Assembly (NCBI GenBank): GCA_965231045.1
Contig: OZ246406.1
Location: 52,295 to 116,294 of the forward strand
Direction: 5' to 3'
DNA from: an uncultured Candidatus Saccharibacteria bacterium
Lineage (GTDB): Bacteria; Patescibacteriota; Saccharimonadia; Saccharimonadales; JAGQNJ01
Length of the DNA: 64,000 nucleotides
Positions 47,169 through 55,504 of the stretch are shown one piece after another. Both the position numbers and the translations under genes were made by a program. The notes under the pieces were generated by a model. That model had not been told where the DNA came from. It ran no database searches and worked only from the letters and a program-made list of their open reading frames with translations. Each line of letters opens with the position of its first letter. The stretch's first letter is position 1.

Positions 47169-47669
47169 ATGCAAACAGCCTGGAATATTGCGGTTGTCCT
47201 ATGCGCTATTTTGTTTGTCTGTTTTGTGTTTGTAATTGCCTTTGGTGCGCCGTATCTACCAACCTTAAAGCCTCAAGTACAAAGAGCACTTAACATGGCC
47301 AATCTTAAGCCGGGAGATACCTTGCTGGAACTTGGTAGCGGAGATGGGCGAATTCTAATAGAAGCTGCTAAGAGGGGCATTAATAGTGTTGGCTATGAAC
47401 TAAATCCGCTCCTAGTTATCTACTCTTGGATAATTACACTTCGTTACAGGGGTAAAATCAAGATTGTTTGGGGTAACTTTTGGCACAAAAAACTGCCACC
47501 TGCCGATGGTATATTTGTATTTCTGCTCCAGCCATATATGGAAAAGTTGGATACAAAAATTACTCAAGAATCCAAAAAGCCTGTCAAGTTAGTAAGTTTC
47601 GCATTTCACATACCCAATAAGAAGCCGGTCAAAGAAGAAAAGGGGATGTACTTATATAGCTACAAGTAA
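47169..47669 (+). CDS. Membrane-anchored class I SAM-dependent methyltransferase
   Basis: N-terminal TM, then LLELGSGDGRILIEAAKRG (motif I) and VGYELNP. Confidence 0.65.
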   Translation: MQTAWNIAVVLCAILFVCFVFVIAFGAPYLPTLKPQVQRALNMANLKPGDTLLELGSGDGRILIEAAKRGINSVGYELNPLLVIYSWIITLRYRGKIKIVWGNFWHKKLPPADGIFVFLLQPYMEKLDTKITQESKKPVKLVSFAFHIPNKKPVKEEKGMYLYSYK

Positions 47670-47709
47670 TGCTTGCACAACCTCGAGTGTTTAGGTTACC
47701 ATTAGCGTT

Positions 47710-48378
47710 ATGAGAAATGTACGTTCTGACGAGAGGGGTATAAACGCCCTTATCTTTCCACTTATAGCACTAGTATTGTTTTTTATTGCCGCTCTTGTGT
47801 TTGGGCTCTGGGCTTACAACAGTCGACAAGATTATAAAAACAATGTTGATCAGAAGATTCAAGCTGCTGTAGACGTGGCTAAGAAAGAAACAGCCACTCA
47901 AAAGGATAATGAGTTCATCGACCGAGAGAAACAGCCACTCAAGGATTACCAGGGGCCGACATCTTACGGAAGTGTTCAGGTGAAATACCCTAAGACTTGG
48001 AGTGCTTATGTCGATGAGTCAGGTAAAGCCGGTGTGCCTGTCGATGGTTATTTCCAGCCAAACTATGTACAAGGTGTTAATACCCCAGATGTCAGCTATG
48101 CTTTAAGACTCCAGGTTCTTAATCGAACATTTGCTAACGAACTCGGTAGCTATGATGCCCAAATAAAGGGCGGAAAGGCTACAACCCAGCCGTATAAGCC
48201 TGTCAATGTTCCAGGAGTTGTTGGCGTGCGGCTTGATGGTGAGCCAGAAATTGGCAAGAAGGGTGTTGTTATCTTGATTCCACTTCGTGATAAAACAATC
48301 AAGCTCTCAACAGAGGCCGATCAGTATAAGCAAGACTTCACAGATAACATTTTGCCAAACTTCAGCTTTACGCCTTAG
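47710..48378 (+). CDS. Hypothetical N-terminally anchored extracytoplasmic protein
   Basis: One TM (ALIFPLIALVLFFIAALVFGLWAY), then about 180 aa of beta-rich sequence. No motif recognised. Confidence 0.55.
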   Translation: MRNVRSDERGINALIFPLIALVLFFIAALVFGLWAYNSRQDYKNNVDQKIQAAVDVAKKETATQKDNEFIDREKQPLKDYQGPTSYGSVQVKYPKTWSAYVDESGKAGVPVDGYFQPNYVQGVNTPDVSYALRLQVLNRTFANELGSYDAQIKGGKATTQPYKPVNVPGVVGVRLDGEPEIGKKGVVILIPLRDKTIKLSTEADQYKQDFTDNILPNFSFTP

Positions 48379-48429
48379 TTGGCAAAAATGCTATAATATA
48401 CCCAAACTAAGTGAGGGTTAGAAAAAACG

Positions 48430-49149
48430 GTGAATGCCAGCGTGTCAGCGCCATATGAAAAGGAATCGCAAAGTCGATTACTTCGGTCATTAGCCGAAGA
48501 ACTAAAGTTGCCGTTAATGCAGATTGCACGATCGGCTGAGTTGGCTCTACTAAGTGGAGATCTAAAGGAAATTCAACATGCTGAAGTGTTAGCTGATACG
48601 GCACTTCGTTTAATAGATAGTTACGTGTTGAGTACCCAAACAATGCTTGGGCAGCAAATACTACATCTTGAACCTGTGTCAGTTAGCGCCACAATGTACG
48701 ACACCGCGCAATACCTCAATAAAGTCGCAAAGTTATATGATTGCTCAATAGATTTAACAATTTCTGGTAAATGCGGGCTAGTCATGGCTCATCCAGCAGG
48801 ATTACAGGCCGCTTTAACTAGTTTGGCCTATAGTTTTATTAATGCATTGGGTAGTAGTAACAAGAAATCCAAGATAGTTCTTACGGCTCACAAAACTAAA
48901 CAGGGCATTATTACAGGTGTGCAAACGTCCGACCAGGAGGTTAGTGCAAATCTAATGAAGCAGGCAAAAAAACTATATGGTGTTGCTCGCCAGCCGATGG
49001 CTGATTTAACCCATTCAAGCGGTGCGGGTATTATGGTGGCAAACTCATTATTCGATGCTATGGCTACAAATTTGAGGGTGGTTAAGACCAAGGCTAATAC
49101 TGGGCTGGCAGCAACATTATTGCCAAGTCAGCAACTGGCGTTACTATAG
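48430..49149 (+). CDS. Soluble histidine-kinase-like protein lacking the phospho-acceptor His (Glu instead) and the G1 box
   Basis: H-box position reads LRSLAEELKLPLMQI (typical xxSHELRTPL). N-box-like LAYSFINAL. G2-like SSGAGIMVANSLFDAM. No DxGxG. GTG start. Confidence 0.55.
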   Translation: MNASVSAPYEKESQSRLLRSLAEELKLPLMQIARSAELALLSGDLKEIQHAEVLADTALRLIDSYVLSTQTMLGQQILHLEPVSVSATMYDTAQYLNKVAKLYDCSIDLTISGKCGLVMAHPAGLQAALTSLAYSFINALGSSNKKSKIVLTAHKTKQGIITGVQTSDQEVSANLMKQAKKLYGVARQPMADLTHSSGAGIMVANSLFDAMATNLRVVKTKANTGLAATLLPSQQLALL

Positions 49150-49153
49150 TCCT

Positions 49154-49537
49154 ATGACAAGTGTGTTGTTGATAGAGCCAGACAAGCTTCTAGCTATGAC
49201 TTATATTAAGGCTCTGAAGTCTGAGAATATTACATTGCACTGGGAGTCTTCGGCCCAGAACTCCGTAAGTTATATCGATAAACATCCCCCAACGCTAATT
49301 ATTTTGGAACTACAACTTGCTTCACATAATGGGGTAGAGTTTCTGCACGAACTTCGATCGCATAGTGATTGGCAAAAAATCCCAGTTATTCTGCACACAG
49401 TTGTACCAATGGCTGAGATAAATCTTAGTGATGATGCAGCTAAGCAACTTGGGATTGTAGAGTACTTATATAAGCCACAAACTTCATTGGCTCAATTAAT
49501 AGCTAAAGTTGGTAAACACCTATTTGAGGATAACTAA
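49154..49537 (+). CDS. Receiver-domain protein with Glu at the phospho-acceptor position
   Basis: Receiver layout VLLIEPD...LIILELQLASHNG...ILHTVV...EYLYKP. Acceptor Asp replaced by Glu; Thr and Lys retained. Confidence 0.6.
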   Translation: MTSVLLIEPDKLLAMTYIKALKSENITLHWESSAQNSVSYIDKHPPTLIILELQLASHNGVEFLHELRSHSDWQKIPVILHTVVPMAEINLSDDAAKQLGIVEYLYKPQTSLAQLIAKVGKHLFEDN

Positions 49538-50223
49538 TGAACCAAATAGTAACGACCGGTATTATTTTGACGAGGTTAAATTATGGTGAGGCTGATAGAA
49601 TAATTACGATCATCACGCCTGACCATGGCAAATTAAGACTGATGGCCAAAGGGGTGCGCAAAAGTGCTAGTAAGTTAGCGGGCGGTATTGAGCTGTTTAG
49701 CATTAGCGCTATAACATACATACCGGGCAAAAGAGATATCAGCACACTAATATCCACACGGATGGTTACTCACTGGGGGAACATAGTTAAAAATATTGAT
49801 CGTACAATGCTTGGCTATGATTTTTTGAAAGTTATAAATAAAGTAACTGAAGATGTGTGTGAAGAAGATTATTATCACATTCTGGTGGCCGGACTAACTA
49901 GCCTTAACCACATAGATGTTGAGCCAAAACTCACATATGCATGGTTTTGTTTACGACTGCTCAGACTTTTGGGCCATGAACCAAATCTAGCTACTGATGC
50001 AAAAGGCGATAAGCTACAAGTTGGAAGATATATTTTTGACTTTGACTGCGTAGCTTTTGTGCAGACAAAAGACGGTAAGTATAGTGATAAACACATAAAA
50101 CTCATGCGTCTTCTTTTGCAACAATCGCCCGAGAAACTTAAATCAATAACTGACCTTAGTGAAGTTTCACTGGCGATTCAGCCACTAATAAAGCAACTAA
50201 TGCTTCAGTTTGCAAACGGCTAA
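49537..50223 (+). CDS. recO: DNA repair protein RecO
   Basis: N-terminal OB-fold pattern GIILTRLNYGEADRIITIITPDHGKLRLMAKGVRK. 228 aa. Confidence 0.8.
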   Translation: MNQIVTTGIILTRLNYGEADRIITIITPDHGKLRLMAKGVRKSASKLAGGIELFSISAITYIPGKRDISTLISTRMVTHWGNIVKNIDRTMLGYDFLKVINKVTEDVCEEDYYHILVAGLTSLNHIDVEPKLTYAWFCLRLLRLLGHEPNLATDAKGDKLQVGRYIFDFDCVAFVQTKDGKYSDKHIKLMRLLLQQSPEKLKSITDLSEVSLAIQPLIKQLMLQFANG

Positions 50224-50243
50224 AGGTATAATAAAAAATAACT

Positions 50244-51644
50244 ATGAGCAAAAAGGTAAGTTTAGAAGACATTGTTAGCTTGTGTAAGCGCCGAGGTTTT
50301 ATTTATCCTGGCTCTGATGTATATGGTGGTTTAAGTGGTACTTGGGACTATGGCCCACTTGGTTTAGCGCTCAAAAAGAACATTATGAATTTGTGGTGGA
50401 AGACGTTTGTTGATGATCGTGATGATATTTATGGTGTCGACGCAGCTATACTTATGAACCAAAAAGTGTGGCAAGCCAGCGGCCACACCGAAACATTTAC
50501 TGACCCACTTGTTGAATGTAGTAACTGTAAATCTCGTTTTCGTGCTGATCATCTAGAAGGCGATAAATGTCCGAACTGTGGCAAGACTGGCACGTTCGGC
50601 GAGCCACGACAATTCAATATGATGTTCGAAACAAAAGTTGGCCCCACTGCCGATACAATCAATATTCAACTGAAAAGCGATGTAATTGATCAGATGCATA
50701 AAAAGGGTGGCGATCATGACATTATGCTTAACAGCAGCAATATTAGTAATGTTGGCCCCCACGTTGTTTATTTGCGCCCAGAAACTGCCCAAGGTATTTT
50801 TACTAATTACAAAAACGTTCTTGATAGTTTTTATCCAGATCTACCATTTGGAGTTGCGCAGCAAGGTAAAGCTTTTCGTAATGAAATCAGCCCACGTGAT
50901 TTTGTTTTTCGCTCACGCGAGTTTGAACAAATGGAAGTTGAATACTTCATCGAGCCAAAATCTTGGGAGAAAGAATTCGACAAATGGGTCAAAGACATCC
51001 ACGAATTTTTGGAACAACTTGGACTACCTAAAGATTCTGTGCATGAGCTTGAAGTGCCAGAAGAAGATCGAGCGCACTATAGCAAACGCACAATTGATTT
51101 TGAGTTTGATTTTCCGCACAAGCGGGACGAACTCTTAGGTTTGGCGTATCGTACAGATTTTGATTTGATGAATATTCAAAACGCCAGTGGTAAGAGCATG
51201 GAATATACAGTCAAGGGCACAAACGATAAGTTTGTACCACATGTCATTGAGCCAAGTTTTGGTGTCGAGCGTGCAGTTATGGCCGTTTTGACTTCGGCAT
51301 ATCATGAGGATGAAGTAGAAGGCGAGAAAAGAGTTTATCTAAAACTACCAGCGCACCTAGCGCCAGTTAAAGTTGCTGTGTCACCACTACTTAAGAACAA
51401 ACCAGAACTAGTTAAGAAAGCTCAAGAAGTTTACAAAATGCTTAAGAGCGAACTTGGCAATGTTATGTGGGATGACAACGGCAACATTGGTAAACGCTAT
51501 CGTCGCCAAGATGAAATCGGTACACCATACTGTGTAACGATTGACTTTGATACTTTGGATGACAACACAGTAACTCTACGCAATCGTGACACAACCAAAC
51601 AAGAACGCGTAAAAGTTACTAACCTTATAGAAGCTATTCGTTAA
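50244..51644 (+). CDS. glyQS: Glycyl-tRNA synthetase, homodimeric (GlyQS) type
   Basis: RRGFIYPGSDVYGGLSGTWDYGPLG, FRNEISPR, EPSFGVERA. C-terminal anticodon-binding domain. Confidence 0.95.
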   Translation: MSKKVSLEDIVSLCKRRGFIYPGSDVYGGLSGTWDYGPLGLALKKNIMNLWWKTFVDDRDDIYGVDAAILMNQKVWQASGHTETFTDPLVECSNCKSRFRADHLEGDKCPNCGKTGTFGEPRQFNMMFETKVGPTADTINIQLKSDVIDQMHKKGGDHDIMLNSSNISNVGPHVVYLRPETAQGIFTNYKNVLDSFYPDLPFGVAQQGKAFRNEISPRDFVFRSREFEQMEVEYFIEPKSWEKEFDKWVKDIHEFLEQLGLPKDSVHELEVPEEDRAHYSKRTIDFEFDFPHKRDELLGLAYRTDFDLMNIQNASGKSMEYTVKGTNDKFVPHVIEPSFGVERAVMAVLTSAYHEDEVEGEKRVYLKLPAHLAPVKVAVSPLLKNKPELVKKAQEVYKMLKSELGNVMWDDNGNIGKRYRRQDEIGTPYCVTIDFDTLDDNTVTLRNRDTTKQERVKVTNLIEAIR

Positions 51645-51695
51645 GAAAATAACAATCTTATTTTTATTTCAGCACCGTAGGGCAGTATTAGTACA

Positions 51696-51724
51696 TTGAC
51701 AATTTATAGCATAAGCAGTATAAT
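51696..51724 (+). promoter_or_regulatory. Perfect-consensus sigma-70 promoter
   Basis: TTGACA (51696-51701), exactly 17 nt, TATAAT (51719-51724). The ORF-track TTG start is the -35 box itself. Confidence 0.65.
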
Positions 51725-51749
51725 TTGTAAAAGGTTAGCAAAAACAAAA

Positions 51750-52058
51750 ATGAAAGCTCAAGACTCAACCCCACCCATCTTTAGTTCACTCGATGCTATA
51801 AATAAAAAGATCGAAGCCTATGATGCAGGTGGTGGCGCCTATACTCCAGAAGAACTTAACCCTGTACTAGCCCAAGCAAGACAGTATGCCGAGGCTTCAA
51901 ATGACGTTTTGGCTAAAGCACTGGTTACGCTTGCAACAGATAAGATTCGTTCAGATGAAAGATTGGGCCAACCAGTAGTTTTGCCCAATGAAGTAACAAA
52001 AAGCCTAGCAACTCTAGCAACCAAAGACCTGAGACCACAGATCAAACGCGTTGCGTAA
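51750..52058 (+). CDS. Hypothetical protein (103 aa)
   Basis: First ATG downstream of the consensus promoter. Helical, Ala/Leu-rich. No motif recognised. Confidence 0.5.
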   Translation: MKAQDSTPPIFSSLDAINKKIEAYDAGGGAYTPEELNPVLAQARQYAEASNDVLAKALVTLATDKIRSDERLGQPVVLPNEVTKSLATLATKDLRPQIKRVA

Positions 52059-52071
52059 TAAAGCCTATTGA

Positions 52072-52100
52072 TTGCTGGGCAGTGATTACAATTCTATAAT
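52072..52100 (+). promoter_or_regulatory. Sigma-70-type promoter for the small ORF
   Basis: TTGCTG, 17-nt spacer, TATAAT. Confidence 0.45.
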
Positions 52101-52124
52101 CTGAATAACTGCTACAATTTAGGT

Positions 52125-52256
52125 ATGGCAATAGCATTATTAGCGTTTCTGGGATCTTTGGTCATTGGTTTAATCGGTGCCGGTATCTATATTATATACA
52201 CTAAGCTTCGGACAAAAGAAGAAGAGTTTGTTGAGCATCACAAAGACAAAAAATAA
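52125..52256 (+). CDS. Small single-TM protein (43 aa), below the ORF-track cut-off
   Basis: Hand translation: MAIALLAFLGSLVIGLIGAGIYIIYTKLRTKEEEFVEHHKDKK then stop. Hydrophobic helix plus charged tail. Promoter 25 nt upstream. Confidence 0.45.
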   Translation: MAIALLAFLGSLVIGLIGAGIYIIYTKLRTKEEEFVEHHKDKK

Positions 52257-52293
52257 CTTGTGTTTTGTTATTTTAGTTGCATAATAAATTACT

Positions 52294-52839
52294 ATGACAG
52301 AGACAACCGGTCTTGGGCCAAATGACCGTAGCTGGGAATTGGGACCGCCAACTTATGATGATTTTGATGTGCTTAAGCATGCAGTGCTGGCTGTTGGTGA
52401 AGAGCCCGATGCTAGAGTTATCGTCATTGATCCTTGCCGTACAGGCATTATCCTGGAGAGAACTTTTGTAGATATGGATACTATGCAGTGGCCCCCCATG
52501 ATCGTGCGAGTCAGTGGAATATTGGCAATTCATGGGCAAAGGACTAAAGTGGTTGTTCGCTACAGAGAGTTATCTGGTCACGACAAGACAATGAACTCAA
52601 GCGTTAATCATGATTATATTTTGGCTGCAGAAGGTGAGGAAGTTGTCGAATGGTGGCATACAATGAGAGCTTGCCCTGATATACGGCCTCCAAGAATTGA
52701 ATTTCCAACAAGTAATTCCAAGATGAATCAGGCTGCAGAAGGTGAGCGTATCCTTCGTGCTAACACTAGCAATCAACTTGAGTTATCGGCTGGAGATTGC
52801 GGGGTGTTGTATGATCGTTTACTTGGTTTACTTGCATAA
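52294..52839 (+). CDS. Hypothetical soluble protein (181 aa)
   Basis: Clean ORF. CATAAT -10 ends 8 nt before the ATG. No motif recognised. Confidence 0.5.
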   Translation: MTETTGLGPNDRSWELGPPTYDDFDVLKHAVLAVGEEPDARVIVIDPCRTGIILERTFVDMDTMQWPPMIVRVSGILAIHGQRTKVVVRYRELSGHDKTMNSSVNHDYILAAEGEEVVEWWHTMRACPDIRPPRIEFPTSNSKMNQAAEGERILRANTSNQLELSAGDCGVLYDRLLGLLA

Positions 52840-52874
52840 TCGGCGTTACAATAGACTAGAAAATTGGAGGTAAC

Positions 52875-53099
52875 ATGTCTCAAGATTTTATTAATCATTA
52901 TGCCTGGCTAATTGCAATTCTGGCTTTATGGGAATTAGCTTGGAAGGGCGTAGCACTGTGGAAGGCTGCTCGTAATAACGACAAGGCTTGGTTTATTATT
53001 TTGCTACTAATAAATGCCGTTGGTTTACTCTCAATTGCCTATATTTTTGTGTTCAGTAAACGTCCATCAAAAACAGAGGTAAAAACTAGCCAAAGCTAA
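52875..53099 (+). CDS. Small two-TM protein, DUF5652-like
   Basis: LWELAWKGVALWKAARNNDKAWFIILLLINAVGLLSIAYIF matches my recollection of the DUF5652 signature. Strong GGAGG SD. Confidence 0.55.
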   Translation: MSQDFINHYAWLIAILALWELAWKGVALWKAARNNDKAWFIILLLINAVGLLSIAYIFVFSKRPSKTEVKTSQS

Positions 53100-53163
53100 G
53101 TATATAGTTCAGTTACACTTGTTATGGGGCGTATACTGTAAGGGTAACTAAGGAGGGTTTATT

Positions 53164-53541
53164 ATGTTGGGCGAATCAAATGTACATGCTATTGTAGCGG
53201 TCAAAGATTTGGAAGAATCAAAAAAGTTTTATGAAGAGGTAGTGGGGCTAACAAAAGTTGACGAAAACCCCGGCGGCATTATGTATAAGAGTGGTGATTC
53301 AAAAATTTTCGTATATAAATCAGAGTTTGCAGGTACAAATAAGGCTAACGCAGCATCATGGGAAGTATCTGACATAAATGCTGTCGTAGCTGACCTTAAG
53401 GGTAAAGGCGTGAGTTTCGAGCATTATGACAACATGCCCGGGGTAACTCTTGAAGGCGACGTGCATGTTATGGGAGATATGAAAGCCGCGTGGTTCAAGG
53501 ACCCGTCAGGCAACATTCTTTGCCTTGGCAATGCCATGTAA
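53164..53541 (+). CDS. VOC/glyoxalase-bleomycin-resistance family protein
   Basis: 125 aa. HAIVAVKDLEESKKFYEEVVGL beta-alpha-beta-beta-beta start and C-terminal AAWFKDPSGNIL. AAGGAGGG SD. Confidence 0.7.
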   Translation: MLGESNVHAIVAVKDLEESKKFYEEVVGLTKVDENPGGIMYKSGDSKIFVYKSEFAGTNKANAASWEVSDINAVVADLKGKGVSFEHYDNMPGVTLEGDVHVMGDMKAAWFKDPSGNILCLGNAM

Positions 53542-53589
53542 TCTTGGTTATTTCTTGCTGCGAACAGATACATGCTATGATTAAATCAG

Positions 53590-54126
53590 ATGAAAAAACC
53601 ATTTGATAGAAAACCGACTGTATTTGCTTTTATTGATAGTCAAAATCTAAATCTCGGCACCCAAAAGGCTGGGTGGAAAATGGACTGGAAGAAATTTAGG
53701 GACTACCTACAGGTAGAGCATAATGTTTCACGTGCATATCTGTTTATTGGCTATATGCAAGAGCATGAGGATATGTACAATCAATTGCACGACTTAGGCT
53801 ACTTAATTGTACTTAAGCCAACAGTTGACGTTATGCCTAAACCTGAGGATGGTAAAGGCAAAAAGCCGATAATAAAAGGGAACATTGATGCTGAGTTGGT
53901 ACTGTACGCCATGAAAGAAATGCCAAATTATCAGCAAGCGATTATTGTTTCGGGAGATGGTGACTTTTATTGTTTGGCTGAGTATCTAGCTGATAAAAAA
54001 CGGCTTAAACACATAATGACTCCTAATCGACAGTATTCCTCACTTCTCAAACCATACGAGCAATACATCCTAAGAATTGATGAGCTGCGTAGTCAGCTTC
54101 AGCATTTTGATAAGCCAAGACGCTAA
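53590..54126 (+). CDS. NYN-domain (LabA-like) putative ribonuclease
   Basis: AFIDSQNLNLG N-terminal Asp block, GNIDAELV, IIVSGDGDF. Confidence 0.7.
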   Translation: MKKPFDRKPTVFAFIDSQNLNLGTQKAGWKMDWKKFRDYLQVEHNVSRAYLFIGYMQEHEDMYNQLHDLGYLIVLKPTVDVMPKPEDGKGKKPIIKGNIDAELVLYAMKEMPNYQQAIIVSGDGDFYCLAEYLADKKRLKHIMTPNRQYSSLLKPYEQYILRIDELRSQLQHFDKPRR

Positions 54127-54188
54127 ATAACTAGCCAGCTCTACACTCGGGACATCAACAATCTGATTGTGCTATGATGCTTATGTAA

Positions 54189-55454
54189 ATGGACAAATAC
54201 AAACGCGAATTTCCACCAAACTTTTTCTGGGGCGCTAGTACGGCCAGCCATCAGGTTGAAGGAGGCGCTCATAACCAATGGAGTGTTTGGGAATTAGGTG
54301 TAGCTAAGCAACAAGCTGAAACAGCCCACCAGCGTCTGTCATGGTTGCCTGGATGGCGAGACATAAAAGACCAGGCCGAAACGCCTGATAATTATGTTTC
54401 TGGCGCGGGTGTTGAACATTACAAGCGTTATAAGGAAGATTTTAAACTACTAAAAGATCTAAACCTTAATTCTTTTCGTTTTGGTATTGAGTGGGCAAGA
54501 ATCGAACCAAAAGAAGGCGAGTGGGATGAAAAGGAAATCGAACACTACCGTAACTATATTGCTGAGCTTCGCAAACAAAAAATTGAGCCTTTTCTAAATA
54601 TCTGGCACTGGACATTGCCTGTGTGGTTTGCCGAAAAGGGTGGCTTTAAAAACCGAGCTAACCTAAAGTATTTTGATCGTTTTGTCGAGAAAGTAGGCCA
54701 GGAATTCTGTGATGATATTACTTACGTTATTACTATCAATGAACCAAATGTCTACGCGTCCTTTAGCTATTTCTCAGGTGAATGGCCACCTCAAGAGAAA
54801 AGTATAATCAGTACAATCAAAGTTTACTTTAACCTGATTGCAGCCCACAAGCGGGCTTATAGAATTCTTAAGAAGCAACGTCCAAGTTTAATGATTGGGA
54901 TTGCTCAGCAGCTAGCCAACATTCAAGCCAAAAGACCACATAATTTAGGCGATGAGATGACAACGAAGTGGATGCGTTTTATGTGGAACTGGTGGTTTCT
55001 GAATCGTATTAAGCGTCAACAAGATTTCGTAGGCTTTAATTATTACTTTAGTGACTATTACCGTTGGTTTAAACGAGACAATCCTAAGGTTCCACTTAAT
55101 GACCTGGGATGGTATATGGAGCCGGAAGGATTATACCCACTATTACTAAGAGCCTGGGCGCACTACCGAAAACCTATCATTGTAACCGAAAATGGTCTAG
55201 CAGATACTGGTGATCAATTTAGAACTTGGTGGCTTGAAGAGACGATTGTGGCTATGGAACGAGCTTTAAGCGAGGGTGTTGATCTTAGGGGTTATTTTCA
55301 CTGGAGTTTATTGGATAACTTTGAGTGGGCATATGGATGGTGGCCAAAATTTGGTTTGGTAGAAGTAGATCGTGAACACAATATGAAACGCACAATTCGG
55401 CCAAGTGGTCATAAATTTGCGAAATACGTCAAAGAGATAGAAGAGCAGTATTAG
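54189..55454 (+). CDS. Glycoside hydrolase family 1 beta-glucosidase
   Basis: FFWGASTASHQVEGG, acid/base ITINEPNVY, nucleophile IVTENGLAD, WSLLDNFEW. Confidence 0.9.
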   Translation: MDKYKREFPPNFFWGASTASHQVEGGAHNQWSVWELGVAKQQAETAHQRLSWLPGWRDIKDQAETPDNYVSGAGVEHYKRYKEDFKLLKDLNLNSFRFGIEWARIEPKEGEWDEKEIEHYRNYIAELRKQKIEPFLNIWHWTLPVWFAEKGGFKNRANLKYFDRFVEKVGQEFCDDITYVITINEPNVYASFSYFSGEWPPQEKSIISTIKVYFNLIAAHKRAYRILKKQRPSLMIGIAQQLANIQAKRPHNLGDEMTTKWMRFMWNWWFLNRIKRQQDFVGFNYYFSDYYRWFKRDNPKVPLNDLGWYMEPEGLYPLLLRAWAHYRKPIIVTENGLADTGDQFRTWWLEETIVAMERALSEGVDLRGYFHWSLLDNFEWAYGWWPKFGLVEVDREHNMKRTIRPSGHKFAKYVKEIEEQY

Positions 55455-55466
55455 CAGTTCATAATA

Positions 55467-55495
55467 TTGACAAAATAGCTTATGCTTGATATAAT
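55467..55495 (+). promoter_or_regulatory. Perfect-consensus sigma-70 promoter with extended -10
   Basis: TTGACA (55467-55472), 17 nt ending in TGa, TATAAT (55490-55495). The ATG lies 9 nt after the -10. Confidence 0.65.
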
Positions 55496-55504
55496 GTGTA
55501 TATT

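Noticed and set aside
50686-51138. 150-aa alternative-frame + strand ORF inside glyQS
   Set aside because: It lies out of frame within a gene that has continuous GlyRS motifs, and its product has no recognisable features. The same applies to 3919-4218, 11913-12242, 17361-17690, 33072-33287 and 33906-34130.
51645-51690. AT-only hairpin AAAATAA-caatc-TTATTTT after glyQS as a terminator
   Set aside because: The stem is entirely A-T with negligible predicted stability. It is not reported as a feature.
53724-53739. parS-like sequence TGTTTCACGTGCATAT inside the NYN gene
   Set aside because: Only the left half plus the centre matches the TGTTTCACGTGAAACA consensus (12 of 16). The right arm is not palindromic. 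It is far from parB and inside a coding region.
54183-54188. ATG-TAA start-stop mini-ORF immediately before the GH1 start codon (ATGTAAATG)
   Set aside because: It could be a start-stop regulatory element. However, the predicted transcription start, about 7 nt after the -10 at 54178, falls at or after this ATG, so it is probably not translated. There is too little evidence.
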